From: Candidatus Daviesbacteria bacterium
GTDB lineage: Bacteria; Patescibacteriota; Microgenomatia; Daviesbacterales; UBA10151
Length of the DNA stretch: 64,000 nucleotides
Direction: 5' to 3'
Assembly: GCA_028712705.1 (NCBI GenBank)
Contig: JAQTPP010000001.1
Span: 17,521-81,520, forward strand
Shown here piece by piece: positions 31,037 to 41,031 of the stretch. The notes beneath the pieces are model-generated. The model had not been told where the DNA came from, did not search any database, and was given only the letters and a program-made list of their open reading frames with translations. A program made the position numbers and the translations under genes. Every line of letters begins with the position of its first letter. Within the stretch, counting starts at the first letter, position 1.

Positions 31037-31357
31037 ATGAAAATACAAAAAGGCGATAAAGTCAGAATAATGTTGGGTAAAGACAGGGGTAAGGAAGGTA
31101 AAGTAGAGTTCGTTTTAGTTAAGAGGAAAAAAGTATTTGTTGGGGGAGTAAATCTTTACAAAAGACATGTTAAAAAACATGGCAACCTGGAGGGAGGAAT
31201 CATTGATCTTCCTAAACCAATGGATATTTCCAATGTAGCTTTAATTTGTCCCAACTGCAATAAGACGACTAAAATTGGAATAAAGAAACTGGAAAGCGGC
31301 AAAACTAGAATTTGTCGTAAATGTAAAAAGGAGATTAATACAAATGCAAAGGATTAA
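31037..31357 (+). CDS. rplX: 50S protein L24
   Basis: KGDKV....GKDRGKEG, SNVAL; two CxxC pairs. Confidence 0.98.
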   Translation: MKIQKGDKVRIMLGKDRGKEGKVEFVLVKRKKVFVGGVNLYKRHVKKHGNLEGGIIDLPKPMDISNVALICPNCNKTTKIGIKKLESGKTRICRKCKKEINTNAKD

Positions 31358-31901
31358 AGAAAAATATATCAACGAATTGCGACAAAAATTACAGCAGGAA
31401 TTAGGCCTGAAAAATAAATTGGCGGTTCCCGCTGTAGAAAAAATTGTCATCAGCATTGGTTTGGGTGAGGCGAAAGATAATGCCGGAGTATTGGATAAAG
31501 TAAAAGTTTACTTTGCGGCATTGGCTGGTCAAAAACCTGTTGTGACTTTAGCTAAAAAATCTATCGCATCTTTTAAGGTCAGTAAAGGACAACCGATTGG
31601 GATGATGGCGACGCTGCGGGGCGATAAAATGTATGCTTTCTTGGATAAATTAATCAATATAGTCTTACCTAAGGTTAGGGATTTTAAGGGCATATCGCAA
31701 AACTCTTTTGATAGTCATGGAAATTTAAATATCGGTTTAAAAGAACAGACTATCTTTCCCGAAGTTGATTATAAGAGCGTAGATAAAATACGCGGTTTGG
31801 CGATAACCATTACTACAACTGCAAAAAAGAGGGGCGGTTTCACCGCTAAAGAGGAAGGAAAGAAATTGCTTGACGGGTTAGGTATGCCTTTCAAGAGTTA
31901 A
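31344..31901 (+). CDS. rplE: 50S protein L5
   Basis: GQKPVVT.AKKSIASFK, LPKVRDFKG. Confidence 0.99.
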   Translation: MQRIKEKYINELRQKLQQELGLKNKLAVPAVEKIVISIGLGEAKDNAGVLDKVKVYFAALAGQKPVVTLAKKSIASFKVSKGQPIGMMATLRGDKMYAFLDKLINIVLPKVRDFKGISQNSFDSHGNLNIGLKEQTIFPEVDYKSVDKIRGLAITITTTAKKRGGFTAKEEGKKLLDGLGMPFKS

Positions 31902-31904
31902 TAT

Positions 31905-32084
31905 ATGGCTAAAGTATCAAATATCGTTAAAAAGAAATTTAAATACGATGTGCAGAAAAGGAATCGTTGTATGCGGTGCGGCAGGTCCCGGGCTTATCTT
32001 AGAAAATTTGGACTTTGCAGACTTTGTTTTAGAGAATTAGCACACCAGGGACTATTGCCAGGAGTTAAAAAAGCATCATGGTAG
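31905..32084 (+). CDS. rpsZ: 30S protein S14, zinc type (not in ORF track)
   Basis: Own translation, 59 aa: MAKVS...[40 protein letters not shown]. Confidence 0.97.
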   Translation: MAKVSNIVKKKFKYDVQKRNRCMRCGRSRAYLRKFGLCRLCFRELAHQGLLPGVKKASW

Positions 32085-32087
32085 GAA

Positions 32088-32124
32088 AATTAGAATTATG
32101 AATTTAGAATTAAGAATCTTGAAT
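32088..32124. repeat. Degenerate heptamer tandem repeat
   Basis: AATTAGA ATTATGA ATTTAGA ATTAAGA ATCTTGA. Confidence 0.7.
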
Positions 32125-32131
32125 AACAAAA

Positions 32132-32200
32132 TAAAGATGCGTGATGGACGATTCGGAAACGTGAGTCCATCAAAAGGAGGAGGACGGTAGAATCGTCCAA
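32132..32200 (+). promoter_or_regulatory. Structured 5' leader motif, copy 2 (rpsH)
   Basis: TGATGGAC/GTCCATCA stem, AAAGGAGG, GGACG/CGTCC hairpin; matches 29486-29554. Confidence 0.8.
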
Positions 32201-32206
32201 AAAGAC

Positions 32207-32581
32207 ATGGATCCAGTTGCAGATGCGTTAATAAGAATAAAGAACGGTTATCAGGTTGGCAAATCGAAAGTTGCAATTAGATTCTCAAAGTTGATTTTAA
32301 AACTTGCTAAATTACTTGAGAAAGAGGGTTATTTGTTGGAGGTTGAACAAAAGGGTCAAGAAATAATAGTCACCCTGAAATATCGCTCAAGAGCTCCGGT
32401 TTTAACCAACATCCAAAGAGTTTCAAAGCCTGCTCTTAGGGTATACAAAGGGGTTAAAGACTTGCCGGTAGTATTAAACGGATTAGGTATTGCGATTATT
32501 TCGACACCTAAAGGGTTAATGACTGACAGGCAAGCGCGCAAACTTAAGGTAGGAGGGGAAGTGTTGGCGCTAGTTTGGTAA
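32207..32581 (+). CDS. rpsH: 30S protein S8
   Basis: DPVADALIRIKN, GLGIAIISTPKG, VGGEVL. Confidence 0.99.
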   Translation: MDPVADALIRIKNGYQVGKSKVAIRFSKLILKLAKLLEKEGYLLEVEQKGQEIIVTLKYRSRAPVLTNIQRVSKPALRVYKGVKDLPVVLNGLGIAIISTPKGLMTDRQARKLKVGGEVLALVW

Positions 32582-32587
32582 AAAAAT

Positions 32588-33148
32588 ATGAGTAGAATCG
32601 GGAATGCACCTATTACAATACCTGTCGGAGTTGCTGTTGAAAAAAGCGGCAGGATAGTTAGCGTCAGCGGGCCAAAAGGAGTATTAAAAATGGAGCTGGA
32701 TCCAGCAGTTTCTTTAGATGTGGAAGGATTAACTGCGATTATCAAGAGAGAAAATGATCAAAAAAAAGTTAAAGCATTGCATGGGTTAACCAGGAGTCTA
32801 ATTGCTAATATGGTAATTGGAGTGAGTAATCTATGGAGTAAAAGTTTAGAATTAGTCGGTGTTGGGTTTCGGGCACAGATTGCCGGGGATAAATTAGTAG
32901 TTAATATTGGTTTTTCTCATCCAGTAGAAATTGTTGCTCCGGAGGGGATTACTTTTGAAGTAACAGATAATACAAAAATTAAAGTTAGCGGTGTGGATAA
33001 GCAGTTAGTTGGACAGGTAGCTGCTAATTTAAAGAAGATTAGGCCTCCTGATGTATATAAAGGTAAAGGGATTAGGTATGAAGGTGAATATATCAGAAAG
33101 AAAGTAGGTAAGAGTGCAAAGGTAGGAGTTGCAGTTGGAGGGAAATAA
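32588..33148 (+). CDS. rplF: 50S protein L6
   Basis: MSRIG, GFSHP, PDVYKGKGIRY. Confidence 0.99.
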   Translation: MSRIGNAPITIPVGVAVEKSGRIVSVSGPKGVLKMELDPAVSLDVEGLTAIIKRENDQKKVKALHGLTRSLIANMVIGVSNLWSKSLELVGVGFRAQIAGDKLVVNIGFSHPVEIVAPEGITFEVTDNTKIKVSGVDKQLVGQVAANLKKIRPPDVYKGKGIRYEGEYIRKKVGKSAKVGVAVGGK

Positions 33149-33151
33149 ATC

Positions 33152-33487
33152 ATGAAAAAAGAAATTAGGGCAATGAAGCATTTTAAAATAAGACAGCGGA
33201 TTTATGGGACTCAAGAGCGCCCGCGGCTGTCTATATTCAGATCAAGTCAACATATTTTTGCCCAATTGATTGATGATAAGGTAGGTAAAACTTATACCCA
33301 AGCAAGCGATTTGAAAATGACCAAACAGCAGAAAAATAAAAAGGCTTATGAGGTAGGCAGACAACTGGCAGTTAAAGCATTAAAACTTAAAATTAAAAAA
33401 GTGGTATTTGATAGAGGTGGCTTTTTATATAGTGGTAGGGTAGAAAGTTTGGCAAAAGGCGCCAGAGAAGGAGGTTTAGAATTTTAA
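33152..33487 (+). CDS. rplR: 50S protein L18
   Basis: [20 protein letters not shown]. Confidence 0.98.
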   Translation: MKKEIRAMKHFKIRQRIYGTQERPRLSIFRSSQHIFAQLIDDKVGKTYTQASDLKMTKQQKNKKAYEVGRQLAVKALKLKIKKVVFDRGGFLYSGRVESLAKGAREGGLEF

Positions 33488-33939
33488 TGAATCCGGAAAA
33501 TATTCAACCAGAATTTTTTGAAAGAGTAGTTCAGGTGAACAGGGTATCTAAAAAAACTAAAGGAGGAGATAAAAGATCTTTATCTGTTTTGGTTGTTGTC
33601 GGCGATAAAAAAGGTAGAGTTGGAGTGGGCTTGGGTAAGGCTGCTGAAGTGCAAGCCGCAGTAAGAAAAGCAACATCTTATGCAAAAAAACATCTGATTA
33701 CAGTGCCTTTGAAAGGTAGAACTATACCACACACAATTTTAGTAAAAAATGGCGCGGCAAAAGTACTGCTTAAACCAGCTCCGGTAGGTACAGGCGTTAT
33801 AGCCGGAGGCGCGGTCAGGGTGGTAGTGGAAGCAGCAGGTATTCATGATATTGTATCTAAGATTTTGGGTACCAAAAATCAGGCTTCAAATGTTTATGCT
33901 ACATTGGAGGCATTGGGGAAATTAAAGAAGATAGTATGA
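33487..33939 (+). CDS. rpsE: 30S protein S5
   Basis: [18 protein letters not shown]. Confidence 0.99.
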   Translation: MNPENIQPEFFERVVQVNRVSKKTKGGDKRSLSVLVVVGDKKGRVGVGLGKAAEVQAAVRKATSYAKKHLITVPLKGRTIPHTILVKNGAAKVLLKPAPVGTGVIAGGAVRVVVEAAGIHDIVSKILGTKNQASNVYATLEALGKLKKIV

Positions 33940-34370
33940 AATTACACGAACTTATAAAAATTGCAACTAGACCCAAGAAAAGACTTGGCCGTGGTTTGGG
34001 TTCTGGAAAAGGGAAAACCGGCGGACGGGGTACAAAGGGTCAAAAAGCAAGAGGTAAAATGCCTTTAAGCTTTACCGGCAGTCTTGCGCTATATAAAAAA
34101 CTCCCTCTTAAAAAGGGAAAAGGTAATCTGAAACCGGCAACTAAAAAAATATTACTCGACATCGCTAAATTAGATATTTTTAAAGATAAAACGATTGTTG
34201 ATCTGGAAAAGCTTATAGAGACGAGCATTATTTCAGAAAAGCAAGCGAAAAGAGGGGTAAAAATTTTAAACAAAGGTAAGCTAAGCAGGGTTTTAACTGT
34301 TAAGCTTCCCGTATCAGCTTCCGCCTGGAAAAAGATTGAGAAATTAGGCGGGAAGGTTGAATATGACTAA
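33936..34370 (+). CDS. rplO: 50S protein L15
   Basis: [22 protein letters not shown]. Confidence 0.98.
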   Translation: MKLHELIKIATRPKKRLGRGLGSGKGKTGGRGTKGQKARGKMPLSFTGSLALYKKLPLKKGKGNLKPATKKILLDIAKLDIFKDKTIVDLEKLIETSIISEKQAKRGVKILNKGKLSRVLTVKLPVSASAWKKIEKLGGKVEYD

Positions 34371-35655
34371 TATTCTATCTCCGATCATTAATGCTTTTAA
34401 AATTGCAGAACTACGAAAAAAAATTCTTATAACAATAGTTTTAGTCATAATTTTTAGAATTTCTGCTCATATTCCTGTTTCTGGTGTAGATCTTGCAGGT
34501 TTACAAGCTTTATTTGCTTCCAATCAATTTTTGGGACTTCTGGATATTTTCTCTGGCGGAACTTTGGCTAATTTTTCAATAATTTCATTAGGACTTAATC
34601 CCTATATTAATGCGTCTATTATATTTCAACTTTTAACAATGATTAGTCCAAAACTTGAAGCGTTGTCTAAAGAAGGTGAAATGGGCAGGCAAATAATTAA
34701 TCAATACACACGATATCTGACTGTACCGCTTGCTATATTACAAGCAATTGGCATGTTTGTTTTATTGAAAAATCAGGGGATAATTGCTCAAATTAATTCA
34801 ATGCAGGTGGCAGCAATTATTATCGGCATGACTGCCGGAACAATTTTTCTGATGTGGTTGGGAGAGCTGATTACGGAATATGGTATTGGCAACGGAATAT
34901 CACTTTTAATCTTCGCAGGGATTGTTTCAAGAGTTCCTATTACGTTAACACAGACAGCTTTTGTTGCAGATCAGACACAAGTAATGAATATTCTAATATT
35001 CGCTGTTCTGGGAATTTTGGTAGTTGCGGGTGTAGTTTTTGTGAATGAAGGAAGAAGACAAATTACAGTTCAATATGCCAGGAGATTTATTGGCGGGAAA
35101 GGTCCGGAAACAGGTGCTCAGACTTATTTACCGCTTCGCGTTAACCAAGCCGGAGTGATCCCAATTATTTTTGCAGTTTCATTGGTTCTGGTTCCATCAT
35201 TTGCGGGGTCGTATTTGGCCGGTCTTTCTCAACCCCAATTATCTTCAATCGGCAGATTTTTAGCAGCAAATTTTAATCCCGGAAGCCTGGTTTATAATCT
35301 GATTTATTTTATTCTGGTTGTTGGTTTTACTTTTTTCTATACCGCAGTAATTTTTAATCCCGTAAAAGTCGCTGATGAAATCAAAAAATACGGGGGCTTT
35401 ATTCCGGGGATACGGCCGGGTACTCAAACTGCCGCTTTCCTGAACTATATTATGGTTAGGATTACCCTTGCAGGAGCTTTTTTTCTGGGCGCGATTGCGA
35501 TTTTACCTTCTATTGCTTCTCAAATAACCGGCATTCAAACTTTACTCTTAGGCGGGACAGGACTCCTCATTGTCGTATCGGTTATTTTGGATACGGCTAA
35601 ACAATTTGAGTCTAAGTTAATTGAAAGAAGCTACGAGGTGTTTGCCAAGCGATGA
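34363..35655 (+). CDS. secY: Preprotein translocase SecY
   Basis: [37 protein letters not shown]. Confidence 0.99.
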   Translation: MTNILSPIINAFKIAELRKKILITIVLVIIFRISAHIPVSGVDLAGLQALFASNQFLGLLDIFSGGTLANFSIISLGLNPYINASIIFQLLTMISPKLEALSKEGEMGRQIINQYTRYLTVPLAILQAIGMFVLLKNQGIIAQINSMQVAAIIIGMTAGTIFLMWLGELITEYGIGNGISLLIFAGIVSRVPITLTQTAFVADQTQVMNILIFAVLGILVVAGVVFVNEGRRQITVQYARRFIGGKGPETGAQTYLPLRVNQAGVIPIIFAVSLVLVPSFAGSYLAGLSQPQLSSIGRFLAANFNPGSLVYNLIYFILVVGFTFFYTAVIFNPVKVADEIKKYGGFIPGIRPGTQTAAFLNYIMVRITLAGAFFLGAIAILPSIASQITGIQTLLLGGTGLLIVVSVILDTAKQFESKLIERSYEVFAKR

Positions 35656-36176
35656 AAATTTTATTAATTGGACCGCAAGGTTCCGGTAAATCAACTCAAG
35701 CTGATTTGCTGGCTAAAGATTTAAATCTTCCAAGAATATCTACAGGCGATATTTTTAGGGAACTTAGCTTACAAGATTCAGAAGAAGGAAGGAAGATAAA
35801 AGGAATCTTAAATTCAGGTAAATTGATAGATGATTTGGAAACAGCAAAAATTGTAGAACAAAGATTAAACAAGGATGATTGCAGAAAGGGATTTATTTTA
35901 GACGGGTATCCAAGAAACAGAGAGCAGCAGCAAATTTTTGATCCAAAAGTTGATAAAGTATTTGACTTGGAAGTCCCCGATGACGAAGTTATTAAAAGGC
36001 TTTTGGCAAGAGACAGAGAAGACGATACTATGGAGACAATCAAGAAACGTTTGAGTTTATATCATGAACAGACTGTACCTTTGTTGGATTACTACAAAAA
36101 TCAAGGGATTCTAATAGAAATTGACGGTATGGGAAACATTGAAGATATCTACCGTAGGATAAAGGATAGGTTATAA
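35652..36176 (+). CDS. adk: Adenylate kinase (short, no long LID)
   Basis: [22 protein letters not shown]. Confidence 0.95.
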   Translation: MKILLIGPQGSGKSTQADLLAKDLNLPRISTGDIFRELSLQDSEEGRKIKGILNSGKLIDDLETAKIVEQRLNKDDCRKGFILDGYPRNREQQQIFDPKVDKVFDLEVPDDEVIKRLLARDREDDTMETIKKRLSLYHEQTVPLLDYYKNQGILIEIDGMGNIEDIYRRIKDRL

Positions 36177-36177
36177 A

Positions 36178-36963
36178 ATGAGGGCAAGGAATTCCTATGA
36201 ACAGAAATTGATGAGACAATCTGGTCTGATTGCCTCGAAAGCACTGAAAGCTGCCTTGGAAAAAGTTAAACCAGGTGCGACAGGGCTTGAAGTTGATAAA
36301 ATTGTAGAAAAAGAGATTTATGCGCAGGGTGGGGATTTATCATATAAGACTGTACCCGGCTACAAATATGCCACTTGTATTACGGTAAATGAGGGAGTAG
36401 TCCATGGTATACCTACGGACAGAAAATTTGTTGATGGGGATCTAATCAGTATAGATTTGGCAGTAATGTATAAAGGTTGGCATACTGATTGCGCTTGGAG
36501 TGTTTTGGTAAGCGGACAGGAAACAAAGAACAAGGAACAGTTGGAAAAGATAAAATTCTTGAAAGTCGGAGAAGCGGCTCTTTGGGACGGAATAGTACAG
36601 GCAGTTGATGGCAATAGAGTGGGAGATATATCTGCTGCTATTCAAGCCAGAATTGAGGGAGCAGGATACAGCGTTGTAAGAAGCTTGGTAGGGCATGGTG
36701 TGGGCAGGTCTTTGCATGAAGATCCGAAAATACCGGGGTTCGGAGCAAAAGGCAAGGGAGTAAGCTTAGAAAGCGGTATGAGTCTAGCAATTGAAGTAAT
36801 TTTTACCTCCGGATCTCCGGAGTTGGTCTTAGGCAGTGACGGATGGACTTATTATACGGCAGATAGATCATGGGGCGGACTTTTTGAGATGACGGTGATT
36901 GTAGGAGAAAGAAAAGCGGAGACTTTGACGGATTGGCGGAAGTTTAATGGTCAGCAGTTTTAG
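36178..36963 (+). CDS. map: Methionine aminopeptidase
   Basis: VVHGIP, GHGVG..LHEDP, syntenic position. Confidence 0.95.
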   Translation: MRARNSYEQKLMRQSGLIASKALKAALEKVKPGATGLEVDKIVEKEIYAQGGDLSYKTVPGYKYATCITVNEGVVHGIPTDRKFVDGDLISIDLAVMYKGWHTDCAWSVLVSGQETKNKEQLEKIKFLKVGEAALWDGIVQAVDGNRVGDISAAIQARIEGAGYSVVRSLVGHGVGRSLHEDPKIPGFGAKGKGVSLESGMSLAIEVIFTSGSPELVLGSDGWTYYTADRSWGGLFEMTVIVGERKAETLTDWRKFNGQQF

Positions 36964-37009
36964 GTTGTAAAATGAAGCTAAATCTGATAAAATACTTAAG
37001 TTTTAAATT

Positions 37010-37252
37010 ATGTCAAAAGATGTCGTTGAAGTAGAAGGCAAGGTTAAAGAAGTTTTGCCCAATACTTTATTTAGAGTTGAAATTGATAAAAGCGCTGATG
37101 TGTCCGAACTCTTAGGAAGAGTGATCTTGTGTCATATCTCAGGCAAGATGAGAATGCATTATATCAGACTTCTGGAAGGGGACAGGGTAAAAATTGAGAT
37201 GAGTCCGAAATATGATTTGGATAAGGGGAGGATAACATTTAGATTGAAATGA
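37010..37252 (+). CDS. infA: Initiation factor IF-1
   Basis: VEG.V.E.LPN..FRV, HISGKMR..YIR. Confidence 0.98.
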   Translation: MSKDVVEVEGKVKEVLPNTLFRVEIDKSADVSELLGRVILCHISGKMRMHYIRLLEGDRVKIEMSPKYDLDKGRITFRLK

Positions 37253-37365
37253 AAGTATTAGCTAGTATTAAAACCAGGTGTAAATTTTGTAAAATAGTCA
37301 AGCGCGAGGGCATGTTATATGTTATCTGTCCCCGTGACCCAAGACATAAACAAAGACAAGGATAA
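37249..37365 (+). CDS. rpmJ: 50S protein L36 (not in ORF track)
   Basis: Own translation: [38 protein letters not shown]. Confidence 0.97.
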   Translation: MKVLASIKTRCKFCKIVKREGMLYVICPRDPRHKQRQG

Positions 37366-37367
37366 AT

Positions 37368-37793
37368 ATGGCTAGAATTGCAGGAGTAGATTTACCGGAT
37401 AATAAAAGAATTAATATCGGACTTACCTATATTTTTGGTATAGGGCGGTCTAATGTAGTTAAAGTGATTAAAGATGCAGAGATAGAGGAGAATAAAAGGA
37501 TTAAAGATTTAACTGAAGAGGAGATCAATAAATTACAAAAAAGCGTTGAGCAATTTAAAATGGAAGGAGATCTTAGACAGGAGATTGAACAGAATATTAA
37601 AAGACTGGAAGAGATAGGAAGTTATAGGGGTTTAAGACACAGGAAAGGTTTGCCGGCAAGAGGGCAAAGAACAAGGAGTAATGCCAGAACTAAACGAGGT
37701 AAGAGAAAGACTGTAGGAACTGTCAGAAAAGAAGCAGTTGCCGCGACAGGCGGACCAGTCGCCGGTAAGGTCGAAGGAGAAAAAGGTGGCTAA
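37368..37793 (+). CDS. rpsM: 30S protein S13
   Basis: [24 protein letters not shown]. Confidence 0.99.
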   Translation: MARIAGVDLPDNKRINIGLTYIFGIGRSNVVKVIKDAEIEENKRIKDLTEEEINKLQKSVEQFKMEGDLRQEIEQNIKRLEEIGSYRGLRHRKGLPARGQRTRSNARTKRGKRKTVGTVRKEAVAATGGPVAGKVEGEKGG

Positions 37794-38181
37794 AAAGAGA
37801 ATACAAATTAAGAAACAAAAAGTAACGGAGAAAAAAGTTAGTAGCGGTAGAGTATATGTTACAGCGACTTTTAATAATACCATGATTACTTTAACTGATA
37901 CTTCCGGCAATACGTTAGCTTGGGGAACTTCGGGTAGTGCCGGTTTTAAAGGCGCAAGAAGGGCAACTCCATATGCGGCAATTTCAGCTATGGAAAAGGT
38001 TGCCCAAAAAGCAAAGGAGTTTGGGATGAGTTCGGTTGAGGTATACATAAAAGGCCCGGGGTCTGGTAGGGATGCCACAATTAAGGCGCTGCGAGGTGCC
38101 GGGATTAATATCACTATGATTGCTGATGTGACACCTATTCCGCATAATGGTCCAAGACCCAAAAAAAGGAGAAGAGTGTAA
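37786..38181 (+). CDS. rpsK: 30S protein S11
   Basis: [20 protein letters not shown]; GTG start inferred. Confidence 0.98.
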   Translation: MAKKRIQIKKQKVTEKKVSSGRVYVTATFNNTMITLTDTSGNTLAWGTSGSAGFKGARRATPYAAISAMEKVAQKAKEFGMSSVEVYIKGPGSGRDATIKALRGAGINITMIADVTPIPHNGPRPKKRRRV

Positions 38182-38783
38182 TGGCAAGATATACCGGACC
38201 GAAAAGGAGATTATCAAGACGGGAAGGTATTGCTTTGTTTGCAAAAGACGCTAAGCACCTTGAGAAAAAAGGCGCCATACCGCCGGGGCAACATGGAGTA
38301 GGTCGGAGAAGGCGGATATCGGAATACGGATTGCAGCTTAGAGAGAAACAAAAAGCTAAACGCATTTATGGAATTTTAGAGAAACAATTTAAGAAATATT
38401 TCAAAGAAGCCAGTAAAGTTAAGGGTGCAACAGGTTTGGTTTTACTCCAAACTTTAGAAACCAGATTAGATAATGTGGTATACAGATTAGGTTTTACCAA
38501 AAGCAGGGCCGGAGCCAGACAATTGGTTAGCCATGGCCATATTACGGTAGATGGTAAAAAAGTGACAATTCCCTCCTTCCGGGTTCACAAAGAGCAGACT
38601 ATTGCAATATCTGACAATTTGAGAGATAATACACAGATTAAAACTAGTTTAGAAGAGACGTCGACCTTGCCGGAATGGCTTGAACGAAAAGCCACTATTG
38701 GCAAGGTTTTAAGAATCCCTGATCGAGATGAAATGGAACAGGTGATTAATGAACAATTTATCGTCGAATACTATTCTAGATAA
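38181..38783 (+). CDS. rpsD: 30S protein S4
   Basis: MARYTGP, LETRLDNVVYR, IVEYYSR. Confidence 0.99.
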   Translation: MARYTGPKRRLSRREGIALFAKDAKHLEKKGAIPPGQHGVGRRRRISEYGLQLREKQKAKRIYGILEKQFKKYFKEASKVKGATGLVLLQTLETRLDNVVYRLGFTKSRAGARQLVSHGHITVDGKKVTIPSFRVHKEQTIAISDNLRDNTQIKTSLEETSTLPEWLERKATIGKVLRIPDRDEMEQVINEQFIVEYYSR

Positions 38784-38789
38784 CGTAAA

Positions 38790-39695
38790 ATGTTTAAAGT
38801 TAAAACAGAAAAAGAGTTAGAAAATTTTGCGAGTATAGCAATCGAACCGCTCGAAGCGGGTTTCGGTCATACATTAGGAAATAGTTTAAGACGGGTTTTG
38901 TTAACAGTTTTACCCGGCGCATCTGTAACTTCGGTTAAGATTGATGGTGTAGCCCACAGGTTTTCAACAATAGATGGAGTGCTGGAAGATGTAATTGAGA
39001 TTATTTTAAATATCAAAAAAATTCGTTTAAACATACATTCCGACAAGCCGATCAGGTTAATTCTCAAAGCATCAGGCAAAAAAGAAGTTAAGGCTAAAGA
39101 TTTGGAAATAGAAGGCGATGCAGAAATTACAAACCCGGATCAATATATCGCAACTTTAACTGATGCCAAATCCAAACTGAATATTGAGATGACAGCGCAG
39201 CAAGGCAAGGGTTACTTAACTTCGGAAGAAGGAAAAACAGACGAGCTCGGTGTTATTTCCGTTGACGCATTATTTAGTCCTGTCGTAACAGTTAATTACA
39301 GCGTTGAACCAACCAGGGTAGGTCGCAGGACAGATTTTGATAAGTTAATCATAGATGTTACTACAGATGGAACCATTACTCCTCTTGATGCTCTTAACTC
39401 CGCTGCCAGAATTTTGGCTGATACATTTCATGCAATTTTTGAACCTAGTGTTGAGGAAGAGATAGAAGAGATTGGTCCCAAAATTTCGGAAGAAACTTTG
39501 AAATTGACTATTGAAGAGCTTGATTTACCGGTAAGGATTACTAATGCGCTGAAAGCGATAGAGATTAATACGATTGAAGATTTGATAAGTATCCCGCGTC
39601 CCCAACTGCTAAAGGCAAAGAATTTGGGAACCAAATCTATTCATTTAATATCAGAGAAGCTAGTTGAGAGGGGGTTGTCTTTGTGTGAGGCATAG
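38790..39695 (+). CDS. rpoA: RNA polymerase alpha subunit
   Basis: EPLE.GFGHTLGNSLRRVLL, NLG.KS CTD motif. Confidence 0.99.
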   Translation: MFKVKTEKELENFASIAIEPLEAGFGHTLGNSLRRVLLTVLPGASVTSVKIDGVAHRFSTIDGVLEDVIEIILNIKKIRLNIHSDKPIRLILKASGKKEVKAKDLEIEGDAEITNPDQYIATLTDAKSKLNIEMTAQQGKGYLTSEEGKTDELGVISVDALFSPVVTVNYSVEPTRVGRRTDFDKLIIDVTTDGTITPLDALNSAARILADTFHAIFEPSVEEEIEEIGPKISEETLKLTIEELDLPVRITNALKAIEINTIEDLISIPRPQLLKAKNLGTKSIHLISEKLVERGLSLCEA

Positions 39696-40191
39696 AGTTT
39701 ATGGTAAACACCTTGGAAGAAACAAAGACGAGCGCAAGAACCTTTTCAAAGGACTAGTGCGGTTACTTTTAATCCACGGGACTATTCAAACTTCTGAGAC
39801 TAAAGCTAAAGCAATAAAGGGTTTGGTTGACAGAATAATTAATTTGGCCAAAGATAAGGGAGAAACCCGGCTTAAATCTTTTTTAGTTGATAAAAACCTA
39901 AGGGAGCGGTTAATTAAAGATATTATCCCGCGTTTAAGTGTTGCCAGAACATCTGGTTATACTTCGATAGTGAGAATGGGAACAAGACTGGGTGATCAAA
40001 CTACAATGGTTAAGATGAGTTTGATTGGGGCAGAGGAATTGAAGCCTTTGGAGAAAGAATCAAGCAGTAAGAATCAGGAATTAAGCAAAAAGCCTGAAAA
40101 ACCGAAGAAAAAAACTATAACTACTCCAAGAAAATCTATTAAAGTAAAGACTGTGAAAACTAAAAAAGGAGCAAAAAAGCTTAATCCATAA
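39685..40191 (+). CDS. rplQ: 50S protein L17 (Lys-rich C-terminal tail)
   Basis: (M)RHR...LGR, SGYT.I...R.GD; GTG start inferred. Confidence 0.96.
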   Translation: MRHRVYGKHLGRNKDERKNLFKGLVRLLLIHGTIQTSETKAKAIKGLVDRIINLAKDKGETRLKSFLVDKNLRERLIKDIIPRLSVARTSGYTSIVRMGTRLGDQTTMVKMSLIGAEELKPLEKESSSKNQELSKKPEKPKKKTITTPRKSIKVKTVKTKKGAKKLNP

Positions 40192-40212
40192 TTTTAATAG
40201 CTTAATTCTAAT

Positions 40213-40605
40213 ATGGGTACTAATAAATTATCAGCAAAAGATATTAAGAGAGAGTCGCATGCTATTGATGCATCCGGAAAAATTTTGGGCAGACTTGCGA
40301 CAGAAGTGGCAACTATTCTGATGGGCAAAAATAAAAATAAATTTGTACCATACTTGGATTTAGGAGATTTTGTTGTAGTGACTAATGCAAGCAAAGTTAA
40401 GGTTACAGGGAAAAAGATGAAGGATAAGAAATATGTACGACATTCAGGATACCCGGGCGGACTAAAAGTTGAAACTTTTGATAAGTTGATAAACCGTAAG
40501 CCGGAATATATTATTGAACATGCAGTAAAAGGTATGCTTCCGCATAATAGGTTAGGCAGACAAATGATCAAAAAACTGAAAGTTTTTGCAGGAGAAGTAA
40601 AATAA
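40213..40605 (+). CDS. rplM: 50S protein L13
   Basis: IDA...[21 protein letters not shown]. Confidence 0.99.
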   Translation: MGTNKLSAKDIKRESHAIDASGKILGRLATEVATILMGKNKNKFVPYLDLGDFVVVTNASKVKVTGKKMKDKKYVRHSGYPGGLKVETFDKLINRKPEYIIEHAVKGMLPHNRLGRQMIKKLKVFAGEVK

Positions 40606-40607
40606 TT

Positions 40608-40997
40608 ATGGAAAATACCTCTACAGTTGGACGGCGCAAAGAAGCAAATGCCAGAGTAAGATTAAGTTCCGGAAATGGTCAAATTGTAGTTAACGGGAAA
40701 CCTATTGCACAGTATTTCGCAGGTTCGATCTTACAAAAAATTTATATGAAACCATTGGAAATTACTCAAACTTCCAAAAAATTTACAATTTCGGTAAAAG
40801 TTGTTGGTGGAGGACAGGTTTCACAGCTTAAAGCAGTTATTCACGGTATCGCCAGAGCTATTGCGAAACAAACACCAGCCTTGCGGACAACTCTTAAAAA
40901 AGCAGGTTTCCTCACCCGTGATGCAAGAGTAAAAGAACGAAGAAAATATGGTCTGGCCCAAAAAGCCAGAGCAAAGAAACAGTCACCAAAAAGGTAA
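40608..40997 (+). CDS. rpsI: 30S protein S9
   Basis: GRRKEA.ARV, LTRDARVKERRKYG. Confidence 0.99.
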   Translation: MENTSTVGRRKEANARVRLSSGNGQIVVNGKPIAQYFAGSILQKIYMKPLEITQTSKKFTISVKVVGGGQVSQLKAVIHGIARAIAKQTPALRTTLKKAGFLTRDARVKERRKYGLAQKARAKKQSPKR

Positions 40998-41031
40998 AAT
41001 AATTCAGAATAGTTAATATTTTTTAAAAAAT

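Noticed and set aside
29372-32200. Repeated intergenic motifs as a CRISPR array or self-cleaving ribozymes
   Set aside because: Copies are dispersed with no repeat-spacer periodicity and no cas genes; I found no hammerhead, twister, pistol or HDV core by eye, though an Rfam scan is still needed
28727-37252. UGA-to-Gly recoding (code 25) as in Gracilibacteria/Absconditabacteria
   Set aside because: Conserved genes (rpsC, rpsE, secY, infA) end at TGA at the expected positions and the long genes have no in-frame TGA
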